From the NCBI GenBank assembly GCA_029263295.1, contig JAJCXT010000055.1:17085-81084 (forward strand): 64,000 nucleotides of DNA. Direction: 5' to 3'. The notes beneath the pieces were generated by a model. It was not told the origin of the DNA. It did no database searches and saw only the letters and a list, made by a program, of their open reading frames with translations. Source of the DNA: Acidobacteriota bacterium (GTDB lineage Bacteria > Acidobacteriota > UBA890 > WLXD01). Below, piece by piece: positions 18,358-26,901 of this stretch; position 1 is the stretch's first letter, and each line of letters begins with the position of its first letter. Made by a program: the position numbers and the translations under genes.

Positions 18358-19350
18358 TCAATCCTGCCCGATCAGCTCGCGATTCCAGGCGACAAAGGCT
18401 CGCTCGACGTAGTCGCCGCCGAACTGCAGGAACTCTCCCAGTGGTACCGGAATTTCGTACGCGGCGGTCGCCTCGAGCGGTGTGAGGCCCCGCTCCGCCG
18501 CCCTCCGGCCAGCGCTCTCGAGGTCCTGCAGCAGGCCGAGATAATTGGCGAGCTCCGCAGCATCGCCGATCGCACCGTGACCCGGCACGTAGCGAACGCC
18601 AGCCCGGCCCAGAATCTCCTCACAGTGCCGCACCTGGTGCGAGGGAATCGCGTCGACGAAGTTAGGGAACATCTCGTTCCAGACGAGATCGCCGCAGAAC
18701 ACCACCTGATGCTCCTGGACCTCGATGGTGATATCGCTCGCAGTGTGCCCCTTCCGCGGTGTTATCCCTACCGTGACGCCGCCAAGATCGATACGGCCGT
18801 TCGCTTCTTCGTTCAGCGTCTGCCCGGGCAGCAACGGCTCTTCACCGGCTGCCATGAGTGCCTTGGTGGTGGGTGTGGAGTACACGAACTGCGAGCTGGA
18901 TACTGCGCCGGGAAGACCGTGGCAGTGGTCGCCGTGAAAGTGGGTCACCACGACATGGGTCGGGCGCTCGCCGGTCAGGCGTTCCGAGTGCTCGGCCACC
19001 CACGCCGCACCCTCGTCGCTCATATATCCCTCGATGTGAAGCAGGCCTTGCGACCCCAGCACGATTCCGCCATTGGACGTCGTCTCAAAGTGGGTGGTGC
19101 CATTCTTCAGCGGCGTCGAGATGACCGCCCAGACGCCTTCGCCGAGCTTCTCGATCCGTGCAAAGTCCGATTCCGCGACCACTTGGCCGCTCACCCGAGA
19201 GCCATACGCGCGCCGGGCCGTCAACGGTACCGCCGCCAGTCCTGCCGCCAGATAGCCGGCGCAACTGCCCGACAGCCGCACAAAGTCACGCCGGGTCCAC
19301 TCACCCGACCCGATCGATGGCTGTTCGGCGTGCTCGATGGCGGTCTTCAA
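18358..19350 (-). CDS. MBL-fold metallo-hydrolase, Tat-secreted
   Basis: A TTG start has GGAGAG 7 nt upstream. The twin-arginine signal is 'RRDFVRLSGSCAGYLAAGLAAVPLTA'. The metal motif is 'THFHGDHCHG', followed by 'PGHG'. The longer track ORF (to 19635) would overlap the divergent PadR. Confidence 0.75.
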   Translation of the reverse strand: MKTAIEHAEQPSIGSGEWTRRDFVRLSGSCAGYLAAGLAAVPLTARRAYGSRVSGQVVAESDFARIEKLGEGVWAVISTPLKNGTTHFETTSNGGIVLGSQGLLHIEGYMSDEGAAWVAEHSERLTGERPTHVVVTHFHGDHCHGLPGAVSSSQFVYSTPTTKALMAAGEEPLLPGQTLNEEANGRIDLGGVTVGITPRKGHTASDITIEVQEHQVVFCGDLVWNEMFPNFVDAIPSHQVRHCEEILGRAGVRYVPGHGAIGDAAELANYLGLLQDLESAGRRAAERGLTPLEATAAYEIPVPLGEFLQFGGDYVERAFVAWNRELIGQD

Positions 19351-19468
19351 ATTGACTCTCCTGGCTGGCCGTGGCGGCAGTCCGGTGGCATCCGGGCTCG
19401 TGAGACGCACTCTATTGCCTCTCGAGCCCGGCCTCAATTGTGGTCGCCGGCGCCAAGATGATGTATTT

Positions 19469-19483
19469 TTCTTGAAACAAGAA
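19469..19483. promoter_or_regulatory. Perfect inverted repeat TTCTTG-AAA-CAAGAA in the AT-rich divergent intergenic region (candidate PadR-3 operator)
   Basis: 'ttcttgaaacaagaa' lies 28 bp upstream of the PadR-3 ATG. It overlaps a TTGAAA -35-like hexamer and sits in a 45-bp AT-rich island. Confidence 0.5.
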
Positions 19484-19510
19484 TAAACCCCCTCCGTATG
19501 GAGATAGACC

Positions 19511-19849
19511 ATGACTCGTTCCGCAGCACTCAATGACGTCGAACAGTTTGTTCTACTGGCACTCTTGCGCCTCGGCGAGAACGCGTACGGGGTCCCGATC
19601 CGGGCAGAGATCGAGGAGCGAGCCGACCGCGCCATCTCGATGGCTGCCGTCTACGCAGCTCTGGACCGCATGCAGCGCGGTGGACTGATCGCAGCACAAC
19701 TTTCCGAGCCGCGCCCCGAGCGTGGCGGCCGCGCCCGCAAGCATTTTCGTTTACGTCCGGCAGGCACCCGCGCACTCGAGGACGCCCGCGGCGCGATGGA
19801 TCGCATGTGGGATGGCGTCGATCTGCCAACGGACGCGGAGGCACGGTGA
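19511..19849 (+). CDS. PadR-family transcriptional regulator (subtype A; module 3)
   Basis: 112 aa with 'LGENAYGVPIRAEIEERADRAISMAAVYAALDRMQRGGLI...ERGGRARKHFRL'. It is closest to PadR-1. Confidence 0.85.
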   Translation: MTRSAALNDVEQFVLLALLRLGENAYGVPIRAEIEERADRAISMAAVYAALDRMQRGGLIAAQLSEPRPERGGRARKHFRLRPAGTRALEDARGAMDRMWDGVDLPTDAEAR

Positions 19850-22542
19850 CCGCTCGCCCACCCCGCCTCGCGTCTTGGCTGCTGCGCCGGGTTCTGGACC
19901 CGCGGCAGCGCGAGTACATCCTCGACGACCTGGCAGAGGACTACGATCGGCGCCGCCGCATGGCCGGGCTGCCGCGAACGTACTTCTGGTACTGGTCCGA
20001 AACCGTTCGCTCGATCAGGCCGAGTCTGCGCGCCCGCGCCAACAGCAACCGAAGCCGTTATCCCCACAACGGAATCAAATCGATGGACATCTTCTTCGCC
20101 GACCTGAAACAGTCTGCTCGCCGCTTGCTCAAGACACCCGCGTTTACCGTCGCCGCGGTGATCACGCTGGCGTTGGGTCTCGGCGCCAACGTCGCGATCT
20201 TCACTCTGGTCAACGGAATTGTTCTACGGCCGCTGCCGTACCCGGAGCCGGAACGCCTGGTCTCGATCCGCCATACAGCGCCCGGCCTCGGTCTTGACCT
20301 GATGGAAATGTCGATGGGCACGTACGTCCACTTCATGGCGAACGCCAACCTGGTGGAGTCTGCGGGCCTTCTGGTGAACGCCGGCGTGAACCTCACGGGC
20401 GACGGCGCCCCTGAGCGACTCGAAGGCGCGAGCGTGAACCATACCTTCCTACCGACGCTTGGCGTCAAGCCGGTGCTCGGACGCACTTTCACGGCGGAGG
20501 ACGACCGCGTCGACACGCCGTCCAACGTCATCATCAGCCATGCGCTTTGGCAGCAACGTTTCGGCGGAGATCCGGATATCGTCGGCAACCTGATCAAGCT
20601 GCAGGGGAAGACGCGCGAGATTATCGGCGTGATGCCAGAAGGGTTCGCCTACCCTTCGCGCGGCGTGTCGGTCTACTTACCGATGAAGGTGCCCGAATCG
20701 GATATTCGGTTCGGCGGCTTCTTCCGCAAGGGCATAGCCCGGCTGAAGCCGGGCGTGACTCCGGAACAGTTCGCGGCCGAACTCACGGCCCTGATCCCGT
20801 CGCTGGGCGCCGCCTATGACGTACCGGCGACGATGCTCGAGGAGGCCCAGGTCGGCGCGCTGGTCGACCCGCTCAAGGAGCGCTTTCTCGGCAACATCGA
20901 GCAGCCGCTCACGATTCTGTTCGGCACCGTCGGCTTCGTGCTCCTGATCGCCTGCGCCAACGTCGCCAATCTCTTCCTGGTACGGGCGGAGGGACGGAAC
21001 AAGGAGGTGGCCGTGCGTCGCGCTCTGGGTTCGTCGCGAGTACGGCTGAGCACGCTGTTCTTGCTCGAGGCGGTGCTGCTCGGCGGTGTGGGCGGTCTGG
21101 GCGGCCTCGCTGTGGCCTGGATCGGCGTGCGCGCGGTACAGCTATCTGGTGTGAGCCTGCCACGCATCGATCAGGTCAGCATCGACGGCCGCGTGATCCT
21201 GTTCGCTGCCGGTGCGAGCATGCTGTCGACGCTGTTGTTCGGGGCAATCCCTGCGCTTCGTCTGGCCCGGCGCGACCTGGATCGAGCCCTGAACGACGAG
21301 AGCCGTGGCACCACGCTGAGCCGCGGTCGCCACCGCGCCCGCAACCTGCTGGTCGGCGCGCAGATCGCGCTGGCGTTGATGCTCCTCGTCGGCTCGGCCT
21401 TGATGGCACAGAGTTCCTGGCGCCTCGCCAACGTCGACCCCGGCTATCGAACTGAGAACCTGCTCACCGCCCAGGTACTACTTCCCGGCGCAGACTACCC
21501 GACCGAGGAGGACGTAGTCGCCTTCTACAGCCAGGTGGTTGAGCGAGTGGAAGCCATCCCCGCTGTTGTCTCGGCGGCTGCCAGCAGCGAGGTGCCTCTG
21601 CATCCGGGCCAGGGACGCTGGGACGCGCTGTATGTCGAGGGTGCCGCCCTCGATCCCAACACCCTGCCGCCCGTGGTGATCTTCCGCTACGTGACCGCGG
21701 GGTATTTCAACACGCTCGGCATTCCGCTCGTGCGGGGCCGCGGCTTCGTGCCCACCGACGCGGTCGAAGGTAACGCTGCGGCGCTAGTCAGCGAATCGAT
21801 CGCACGCGACTTCTGGCCCGATGGCCCCGCCCTCGGCGGCCGCGCCTGGCAAGACGTGCCCCCCGACGAAGAGCCGATGCCGCACTACACCGTGGCCGGC
21901 ATCGTGGGTGACACGCTCGATCAGGATCTCGCCGACGAGCCGACATCGATCCTCTACTACCCGGTTCTGGAACAGGGCGCCGGCAACCTGCACTGGGTGC
22001 CCTCGCAGCTGACCGTGATCGCCCGCACCGACGGCGATGCGCTGGCGCAGGCCGAGGCCCTCCGCCGCGCGATCTGGTCGCTCGACTCGAATCTGCCGAT
22101 CGCCAACATCCGCACGATCGCCTCGATTGTGAACGAATCGACGCTGAACACCCGGTTCACCATGACCCTCCTGGTGCTGGCGGCCGGAATCGCGCTCTTC
22201 CTCGGCGGCATCGGCCTGTACGGAACGATCTCGTACATCGTCAGTCAACGGACCCGTGAAATTGGCGTGCGCATGGCGCTGGGCGCGGCCCGGAACGACG
22301 TAGCCAACATGGTCCTGCGGCAGGGCAGTCGCGTCGCGGTCATGGGTCTGAGCGTCGGGATGGTGGCCGCACTTGCGCTGGCCCGGGTTCTCGACAGCCT
22401 CCTGTACGAGATCAGCTCGACCGACCCTGCAACCTACATCGCGATGGCGGCCCTGCTCCTGGTCGTCGCGACGCTGGCCACCTATATCCCCGCCCGCCGG
22501 GCGGCCCGGCTCGACCCCTTGGAGGGGTTGCGTGCCGAGTAG
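19846..22542 (+). CDS. MacB/FtsX-type duplicated orphan permease (ADOP family) with prefix domain (module 3)
   Basis: The GTG start at 19846 overlaps the PadR-3 TGA stop (GTGA). The prefix 'PPRLASWLLRRVLDPRQREYILDDLAEDY...TYFWYWSETVRSI' is homologous to the ADOP1 prefix. FtsX block 1 is 'NVANLFLVRAEGRNKEVAVRRALGS' and block 2 is 'YIVSQRTREIGVRMALGA'. The C-terminus is 'PLEGLRAE'. Confidence 0.85.
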   Translation: MTARPPRLASWLLRRVLDPRQREYILDDLAEDYDRRRRMAGLPRTYFWYWSETVRSIRPSLRARANSNRSRYPHNGIKSMDIFFADLKQSARRLLKTPAFTVAAVITLALGLGANVAIFTLVNGIVLRPLPYPEPERLVSIRHTAPGLGLDLMEMSMGTYVHFMANANLVESAGLLVNAGVNLTGDGAPERLEGASVNHTFLPTLGVKPVLGRTFTAEDDRVDTPSNVIISHALWQQRFGGDPDIVGNLIKLQGKTREIIGVMPEGFAYPSRGVSVYLPMKVPESDIRFGGFFRKGIARLKPGVTPEQFAAELTALIPSLGAAYDVPATMLEEAQVGALVDPLKERFLGNIEQPLTILFGTVGFVLLIACANVANLFLVRAEGRNKEVAVRRALGSSRVRLSTLFLLEAVLLGGVGGLGGLAVAWIGVRAVQLSGVSLPRIDQVSIDGRVILFAAGASMLSTLLFGAIPALRLARRDLDRALNDESRGTTLSRGRHRARNLLVGAQIALALMLLVGSALMAQSSWRLANVDPGYRTENLLTAQVLLPGADYPTEEDVVAFYSQVVERVEAIPAVVSAAASSEVPLHPGQGRWDALYVEGAALDPNTLPPVVIFRYVTAGYFNTLGIPLVRGRGFVPTDAVEGNAAALVSESIARDFWPDGPALGGRAWQDVPPDEEPMPHYTVAGIVGDTLDQDLADEPTSILYYPVLEQGAGNLHWVPSQLTVIARTDGDALAQAEALRRAIWSLDSNLPIANIRTIASIVNESTLNTRFTMTLLVLAAGIALFLGGIGLYGTISYIVSQRTREIGVRMALGAARNDVANMVLRQGSRVAVMGLSVGMVAALALARVLDSLLYEISSTDPATYIAMAALLLVVATLATYIPARRAARLDPLEGLRAE

Positions 22543-22564
22543 CCCGTTACGAGCGTTGCGAACG

Positions 22565-22885
22565 TCAGTCCTTGGACGAGTCCATGAGCGACTTCAGCGC
22601 CACCACTAGCGCGGCAGGCCCGACGAACGCTGCTAGATTCGAGGCGATCCCACTGATCGCCCGTCCGATCTCGGGCAGCCCGCCGAGCGACGACGACGTC
22701 ATCATCAACGCTATCGCGGCAATGAGAAATCCGCCGCTTTCCTCATCGGTGATGTTCATGAAGCCGACGATCAATCCGAGGACCGCCAGGATCAGGTAGC
22801 CATTCGGAACGCTCGCGAACGCCATGATCACGGCGATGGCAACGCCACCCATGAACGCATACTTGCCGATGTTTCCCACACACAC
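22565..22885 (-). CDS. Small hypothetical membrane protein
   Basis: 106 aa, glycine-rich and hydrophobic: 'GGVAIAVIMAFASVPNGYLILAVLGLIVGF...GGFLIAAIALMM...AFVGPAALVVAL'. It converges on ADOP3. No family is recognised. Confidence 0.35.
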   Translation of the reverse strand: MCVGNIGKYAFMGGVAIAVIMAFASVPNGYLILAVLGLIVGFMNITDEESGGFLIAAIALMMTSSSLGGLPEIGRAISGIASNLAAFVGPAALVVALKSLMDSSKD

Positions 22886-23187
22886 CTCCAGGTTGGGGAG
22901 CTTGGACGTGGCCGGTGTTTACCGCGATCGTCGGAACAGCACAACCGCGAATCTCAATGGGCTCGCTCGGTGAGGCGAGTACCCGACCGTCGGGGAGCCT
23001 GGCGAAAGCCGGTCCGCAGCTATCCGATACGGTCTACCCATCCGACCTCGAGAGCGGGGGTTGAAGTTGTCGGACTGGACATTCGTCTTCGGTGTTGGAT
23101 ATATTCATGTCCGAAGATTTCAGAGCGTGGGTGCCACCGTCCCGGTCCTCTGAGAAATTGCTGCAAATCCCTCAACCGGAAGCACCC

Positions 23188-24561
23188 ATGTCCGCACATT
23201 CGAATAGACGGTTTCTTGCGCCCGCCGTCGCCCTCGTACTCCTGATCTGCGCCGCGAGCCCTACCGCCGCGCAGGAAGCGTCGGACGCGCAGGAGCGCAT
23301 CGCGATCGCCTGGGTCGACGCCTTTAACGGCGGCATTGACGCCATGGCCACGTTCCGTGCCAGCCACGTCGGCGAGCCCGACAGGGCCGGCTGGCGCGAC
23401 CAGTTCGGGACGATGCGCGAGAGCCTCGGCCAACTCGAAGTCGGCGGCATCATGATCGACCAGATGAACGAGGTCATCCTCGGCCTCGGGTCCGAGAACG
23501 AAGGGCGCATGCGTTTGGTCTTCGTGTTCAACGATGCCAACAAACTCGTGAGTCTGCGGCGCGGCGAAGGCGGCAACAACGCCGTGCCGCCGCTCGAGTT
23601 GCCGGAAGACGTCGACGACCTGGACGAACGCATCGATGCGTACCTGAAGCAACTGGAAGCCGACGGCCTGCTCTCGGGCTCGGTGCTACTCGCCCGCGAT
23701 GGAAAGATCTTCTTCGAGCGCGCCTACGGCCTCGCCTCGCGTGAGTTCAACGTGCCCAACAACATCGACACGCGGTTCGATGTTGGCTCCTTCAACAAGG
23801 ACTACACCCGGCTGGCGATCATGCAGTTGCTGCAGGGCGACCGCCTCGCGCTCACCGACAAGGTCGGCGAATACCTGCCCAACTACCCGAACGATCGCGT
23901 CCGCGACGAGGTCACGATCGAGCAACTGCTCGACCACACTTCCGGGCTCGGTGACTACTTCACGCCGGAATACCTAGAGACCCCCATGGGCAGCCTGTGG
24001 GAGATCGACGACTACATTCCGATCTGGGGCCCCAAGCCGCTCGAGTACGAGCCCGGCACGCGCAAGCAGTACTCCAACTTCGGTTACACGATTCTGGGCG
24101 CCATCCTCGAGAGCATTGCCGGTGTGAGTTATCCCGAGTACGTCGAAGAGAACGTGTTCAAGCCCGCGGGGATGGACGCCACCGGGTTCTTCTCGACCGA
24201 TGGCATCGAACCCAACGTCGCGGTCGGGTACACCACCATGGACCGCATGGGTCGGCCCGGCGACAGGGTGCGCAAGAACATCTATCACGAGCCGGTCGTA
24301 GGCGGCCCGTGGGGTAAGAGCTACTCGACGGCGCGCGATCTGTTCCGTTTCTTCGAGGCGCTGTTCGCCGGCAAGCTGATCGGCGACGATCTCAACTGGC
24401 TGCCGTCCGGCTGGAACGGTGGCATGGGACTCGCTGGGGGAGGGCCAGGTCTCAGCGCGGTTCTCCTCGTCGATGACGGCGTAGCGGTGATCGTGCTGGC
24501 CAACCATGACGAGCCCGGGGCCGAGGGCGTCGGAAGGCGCCTGTTGGACGCCATTCGTTAG
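23188..24561 (+). CDS. Secreted serine hydrolase of the beta-lactamase/transpeptidase-like family
   Basis: Signal peptide 'FLAPAVALVLLICAASPTAAQ'. An N-terminal ~100-aa extra domain precedes 'SVLLARDGKIFFERAYGLA...FDVGSFNKDYT' (SxxK motif), 'YSNFGYTILG' (YxN-like) and 'ANHDE'. Confidence 0.75.
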   Translation: MSAHSNRRFLAPAVALVLLICAASPTAAQEASDAQERIAIAWVDAFNGGIDAMATFRASHVGEPDRAGWRDQFGTMRESLGQLEVGGIMIDQMNEVILGLGSENEGRMRLVFVFNDANKLVSLRRGEGGNNAVPPLELPEDVDDLDERIDAYLKQLEADGLLSGSVLLARDGKIFFERAYGLASREFNVPNNIDTRFDVGSFNKDYTRLAIMQLLQGDRLALTDKVGEYLPNYPNDRVRDEVTIEQLLDHTSGLGDYFTPEYLETPMGSLWEIDDYIPIWGPKPLEYEPGTRKQYSNFGYTILGAILESIAGVSYPEYVEENVFKPAGMDATGFFSTDGIEPNVAVGYTTMDRMGRPGDRVRKNIYHEPVVGGPWGKSYSTARDLFRFFEALFAGKLIGDDLNWLPSGWNGGMGLAGGGPGLSAVLLVDDGVAVIVLANHDEPGAEGVGRRLLDAIR

Positions 24562-24580
24562 GAGCCAGAGGCCCGCGGGG

Positions 24581-25738
24581 TCAACGCCCGTCGTGGCCGT
24601 GGCGCTCGTAGTGCTGGCGTAGCAGGTCCTTGCCGTAGTCGTTACCGTTCGGCGTGCGTACCACCGTGTGGATGTGGTTGCGCGTTGCGCCATCGGTGTC
24701 GAGCGCGATCCCTCCCTGGTGGTCGAACTCGATCAGGATGACCGGACTGTGGACGCGGTAGTAGAAGACAGAGTCGTCGCCGGTCGCGCCCATCCAGGCA
24801 AAGTGTGTGTCGTCGAGATGCTCACGCACCTCCATCATCTTGATGGCAGCGTGGCCGTCGTCCATGTTGCCGACGTACTCATTGATGAGGTCTAACAACA
24901 TCGCCGTCTGAGGCGCGTCGAGATCTGCGGCGCAAATGCCCTCGTAGTTCATCTCGAAGTTGTCGCGGAACGCGGCGGTGTAGATGCCGCGGGGCACGAC
25001 ATCGGACAGGATCGCACTCGCTCGCTGTTCGACGGTGAGCGCCTGCGCGAGCGCCAGACCCTTGGTCTGCTCGTGTTCGAAGACCCGAGTACCGGCGTAC
25101 TTGCCAGTTTCGGCCACGACGGGCTCCGACCCCATGAAGGTCGGCGTCATCACCACCTGATCGCCGAGCACAAAGTAGTTGATTACCAGATGGTGGCCAT
25201 CGAGCTGCCAACCCCACGGCTCTACCTCTGAAGGGGTGCCCATCACCGTGAAGTGATAGAGGCCCTCGCCGTACTCATCCCAGCGCTCCGTCAACTCGCG
25301 GACTGTCTGGTTGAGCCGCATGATGTCGCGCGCGTTGGCAAAGCCGCGGGCGCTAAGGCTGGCCCGGAGGAGATCCAGGGCCGCTGCCTCCTGTTCATCG
25401 CTCATCTGCCAGCGAGCAACGCCCTGGCGCTTGTAGCGGTGGACGTTGTGCCAGTCGCGCCACTCGATGCTGTCGGCCTCGAAACTGGTGGCGGCGTGCT
25501 GTTGTTCGTCGAGGCTATCGAGAAAGGTTCGCGCTGCGCCGACCACCGCTGCGGTGGAGACGCCTGTGGCGCTAATCTCGAACAGGCCAGCCTCGAGGTT
25601 GCCACCGCGCGTGACGCCCACAAAAGGCTCGGCCAGCGCGTCGGCGGCGCTGCGACGCTGCGCATCCACCGCGAGACCGGCGATCGCGAACATGCTTACG
25701 ACGCTCGCTGCCAGCACCAGGATCTTCTTCGAAAACAT
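24581..25738 (-). CDS. DUF3500-family secreted protein
   Basis: It has a signal peptide and the family motifs 'WGWQLDGHHLVINYFVLGDQVV' and 'HSPVILIEFDHQGG'. Confidence 0.7.
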   Translation of the reverse strand: MFSKKILVLAASVVSMFAIAGLAVDAQRRSAADALAEPFVGVTRGGNLEAGLFEISATGVSTAAVVGAARTFLDSLDEQQHAATSFEADSIEWRDWHNVHRYKRQGVARWQMSDEQEAAALDLLRASLSARGFANARDIMRLNQTVRELTERWDEYGEGLYHFTVMGTPSEVEPWGWQLDGHHLVINYFVLGDQVVMTPTFMGSEPVVAETGKYAGTRVFEHEQTKGLALAQALTVEQRASAILSDVVPRGIYTAAFRDNFEMNYEGICAADLDAPQTAMLLDLINEYVGNMDDGHAAIKMMEVREHLDDTHFAWMGATGDDSVFYYRVHSPVILIEFDHQGGIALDTDGATRNHIHTVVRTPNGNDYGKDLLRQHYERHGHDGR

Positions 25739-25774
25739 CGCATCCCCCAGGGGAAAAAGGACGCGGCGACCGTA

Positions 25775-26857
25775 TCACGCGCGCCTATCCTGGAGGCGGA
25801 GCCAGGCTCCCCAGAGCTCCGCGTCGGTGAGATCCCCCAGGCAGAAGTTGTCTCGGCACGCATTGTATCGAGGGGTCTCGTGGCAGAACTGGCATGGAGC
25901 GTTGCCCAAGAGAACTTCGATGGGCCCGTCACCGCGAGGACGAAACACCGCGGGATCCGTGGGACCGAAGAACACCAGTAGCGGACATCCAACCGCAGCG
26001 GCGATGTGCGCTGGCCCGGTGTCGACCGACACCAGCGCCTCGAGCTGCGTCAGAACGGCAGGCAGGAGCGACAACCCGACGCTGGTGAGATCATGGCAAC
26101 GACTTCGCACCGACGAAGGCAACCTACTGAGCACCGCCCGCACCGCCGACTGTTCGCGCGGGCTGCCATGGAACACGACCCCGTCGGCTTGGCCGTCATC
26201 GAGCAGGCGCCGCACCAGGGCGACCCACTGCTCGTTCGACAGCGCCTTGAGATGGGGACGCGGTATCAGCGGCCAGACAGCGTTCGTGCGCTGGCTGCCC
26301 ATCTGCACCCCGACGACACGGTCGCCAATGGCGGCAACTCGCGCGCGCGCCTCCTCGCGCGCCGCAGCCGAGATCTCGAGAACGGGGTACTGCTCGTAGG
26401 AGTCCATATCGCAGCCAGCGCTCGCGGCGGCTTGCCGGTACCAGTCTGAGGCGTGGGCGCCAGGTTCCTGGGTACGAGGCATCTCCTCGACACGCCCCGG
26501 AAATAATTCGCTCAGCCAACTCTTGATGACGCCGCGCTCGGTCTCGTAGATGAGCACGCGGTCGAAGGCGACCTGGCGCAACTCGCGGCCCAGCGCTCGC
26601 CGATGGCCACCGAGAATAAACTTGCCCAGGCCGGATCTGCCGCGGTTGGGGTAGTCCAAGGCGAAGACGCGCTTGACCCACGACTGGCCCGCGAGCAGCT
26701 CGGGACCGAAGGGCCGAGTCAGGAGCGACAGCCGGGTGTCGTGGGCGAGCGCCCGGAACAAGGGGGCGCTCAGAGTCAGGTCGCCCACCCGGTTGAACAC
26801 GGCCAGGAGTGTCTGGGTCTCGCTCGGCATCGACATGGACGCCATTCTAGGCTTCAC
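25775..26857 (-). CDS. Family-9 glycosyltransferase (heptosyltransferase-like)
   Basis: 'GDLTLSAPLFRALAH' marks the N-terminal GT9 region and '...SVDTGPAHIAAAVGCPLLVFFGPTDP' the C-terminal GT9 signature. The true start is probably an internal Met (about 26830-26845). Confidence 0.7.
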   Translation of the reverse strand: MKPRMASMSMPSETQTLLAVFNRVGDLTLSAPLFRALAHDTRLSLLTRPFGPELLAGQSWVKRVFALDYPNRGRSGLGKFILGGHRRALGRELRQVAFDRVLIYETERGVIKSWLSELFPGRVEEMPRTQEPGAHASDWYRQAAASAGCDMDSYEQYPVLEISAAAREEARARVAAIGDRVVGVQMGSQRTNAVWPLIPRPHLKALSNEQWVALVRRLLDDGQADGVVFHGSPREQSAVRAVLSRLPSSVRSRCHDLTSVGLSLLPAVLTQLEALVSVDTGPAHIAAAVGCPLLVFFGPTDPAVFRPRGDGPIEVLLGNAPCQFCHETPRYNACRDNFCLGDLTDAELWGAWLRLQDRRA

Positions 26858-26901
26858 AGCCCGCGGCAGAAGTCGCAGCAGCTACCCGACGACTCGCAAC
26901 A

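Noticed and set aside
19351-19635. N-terminal 95 codons of the track ORF for the MBL hydrolase
   Set aside because: The extension would run through the divergent PadR-3 promoter and start codon. The TTG at 19350 with a GGAGAG RBS gives a clean Tat signal peptide instead.
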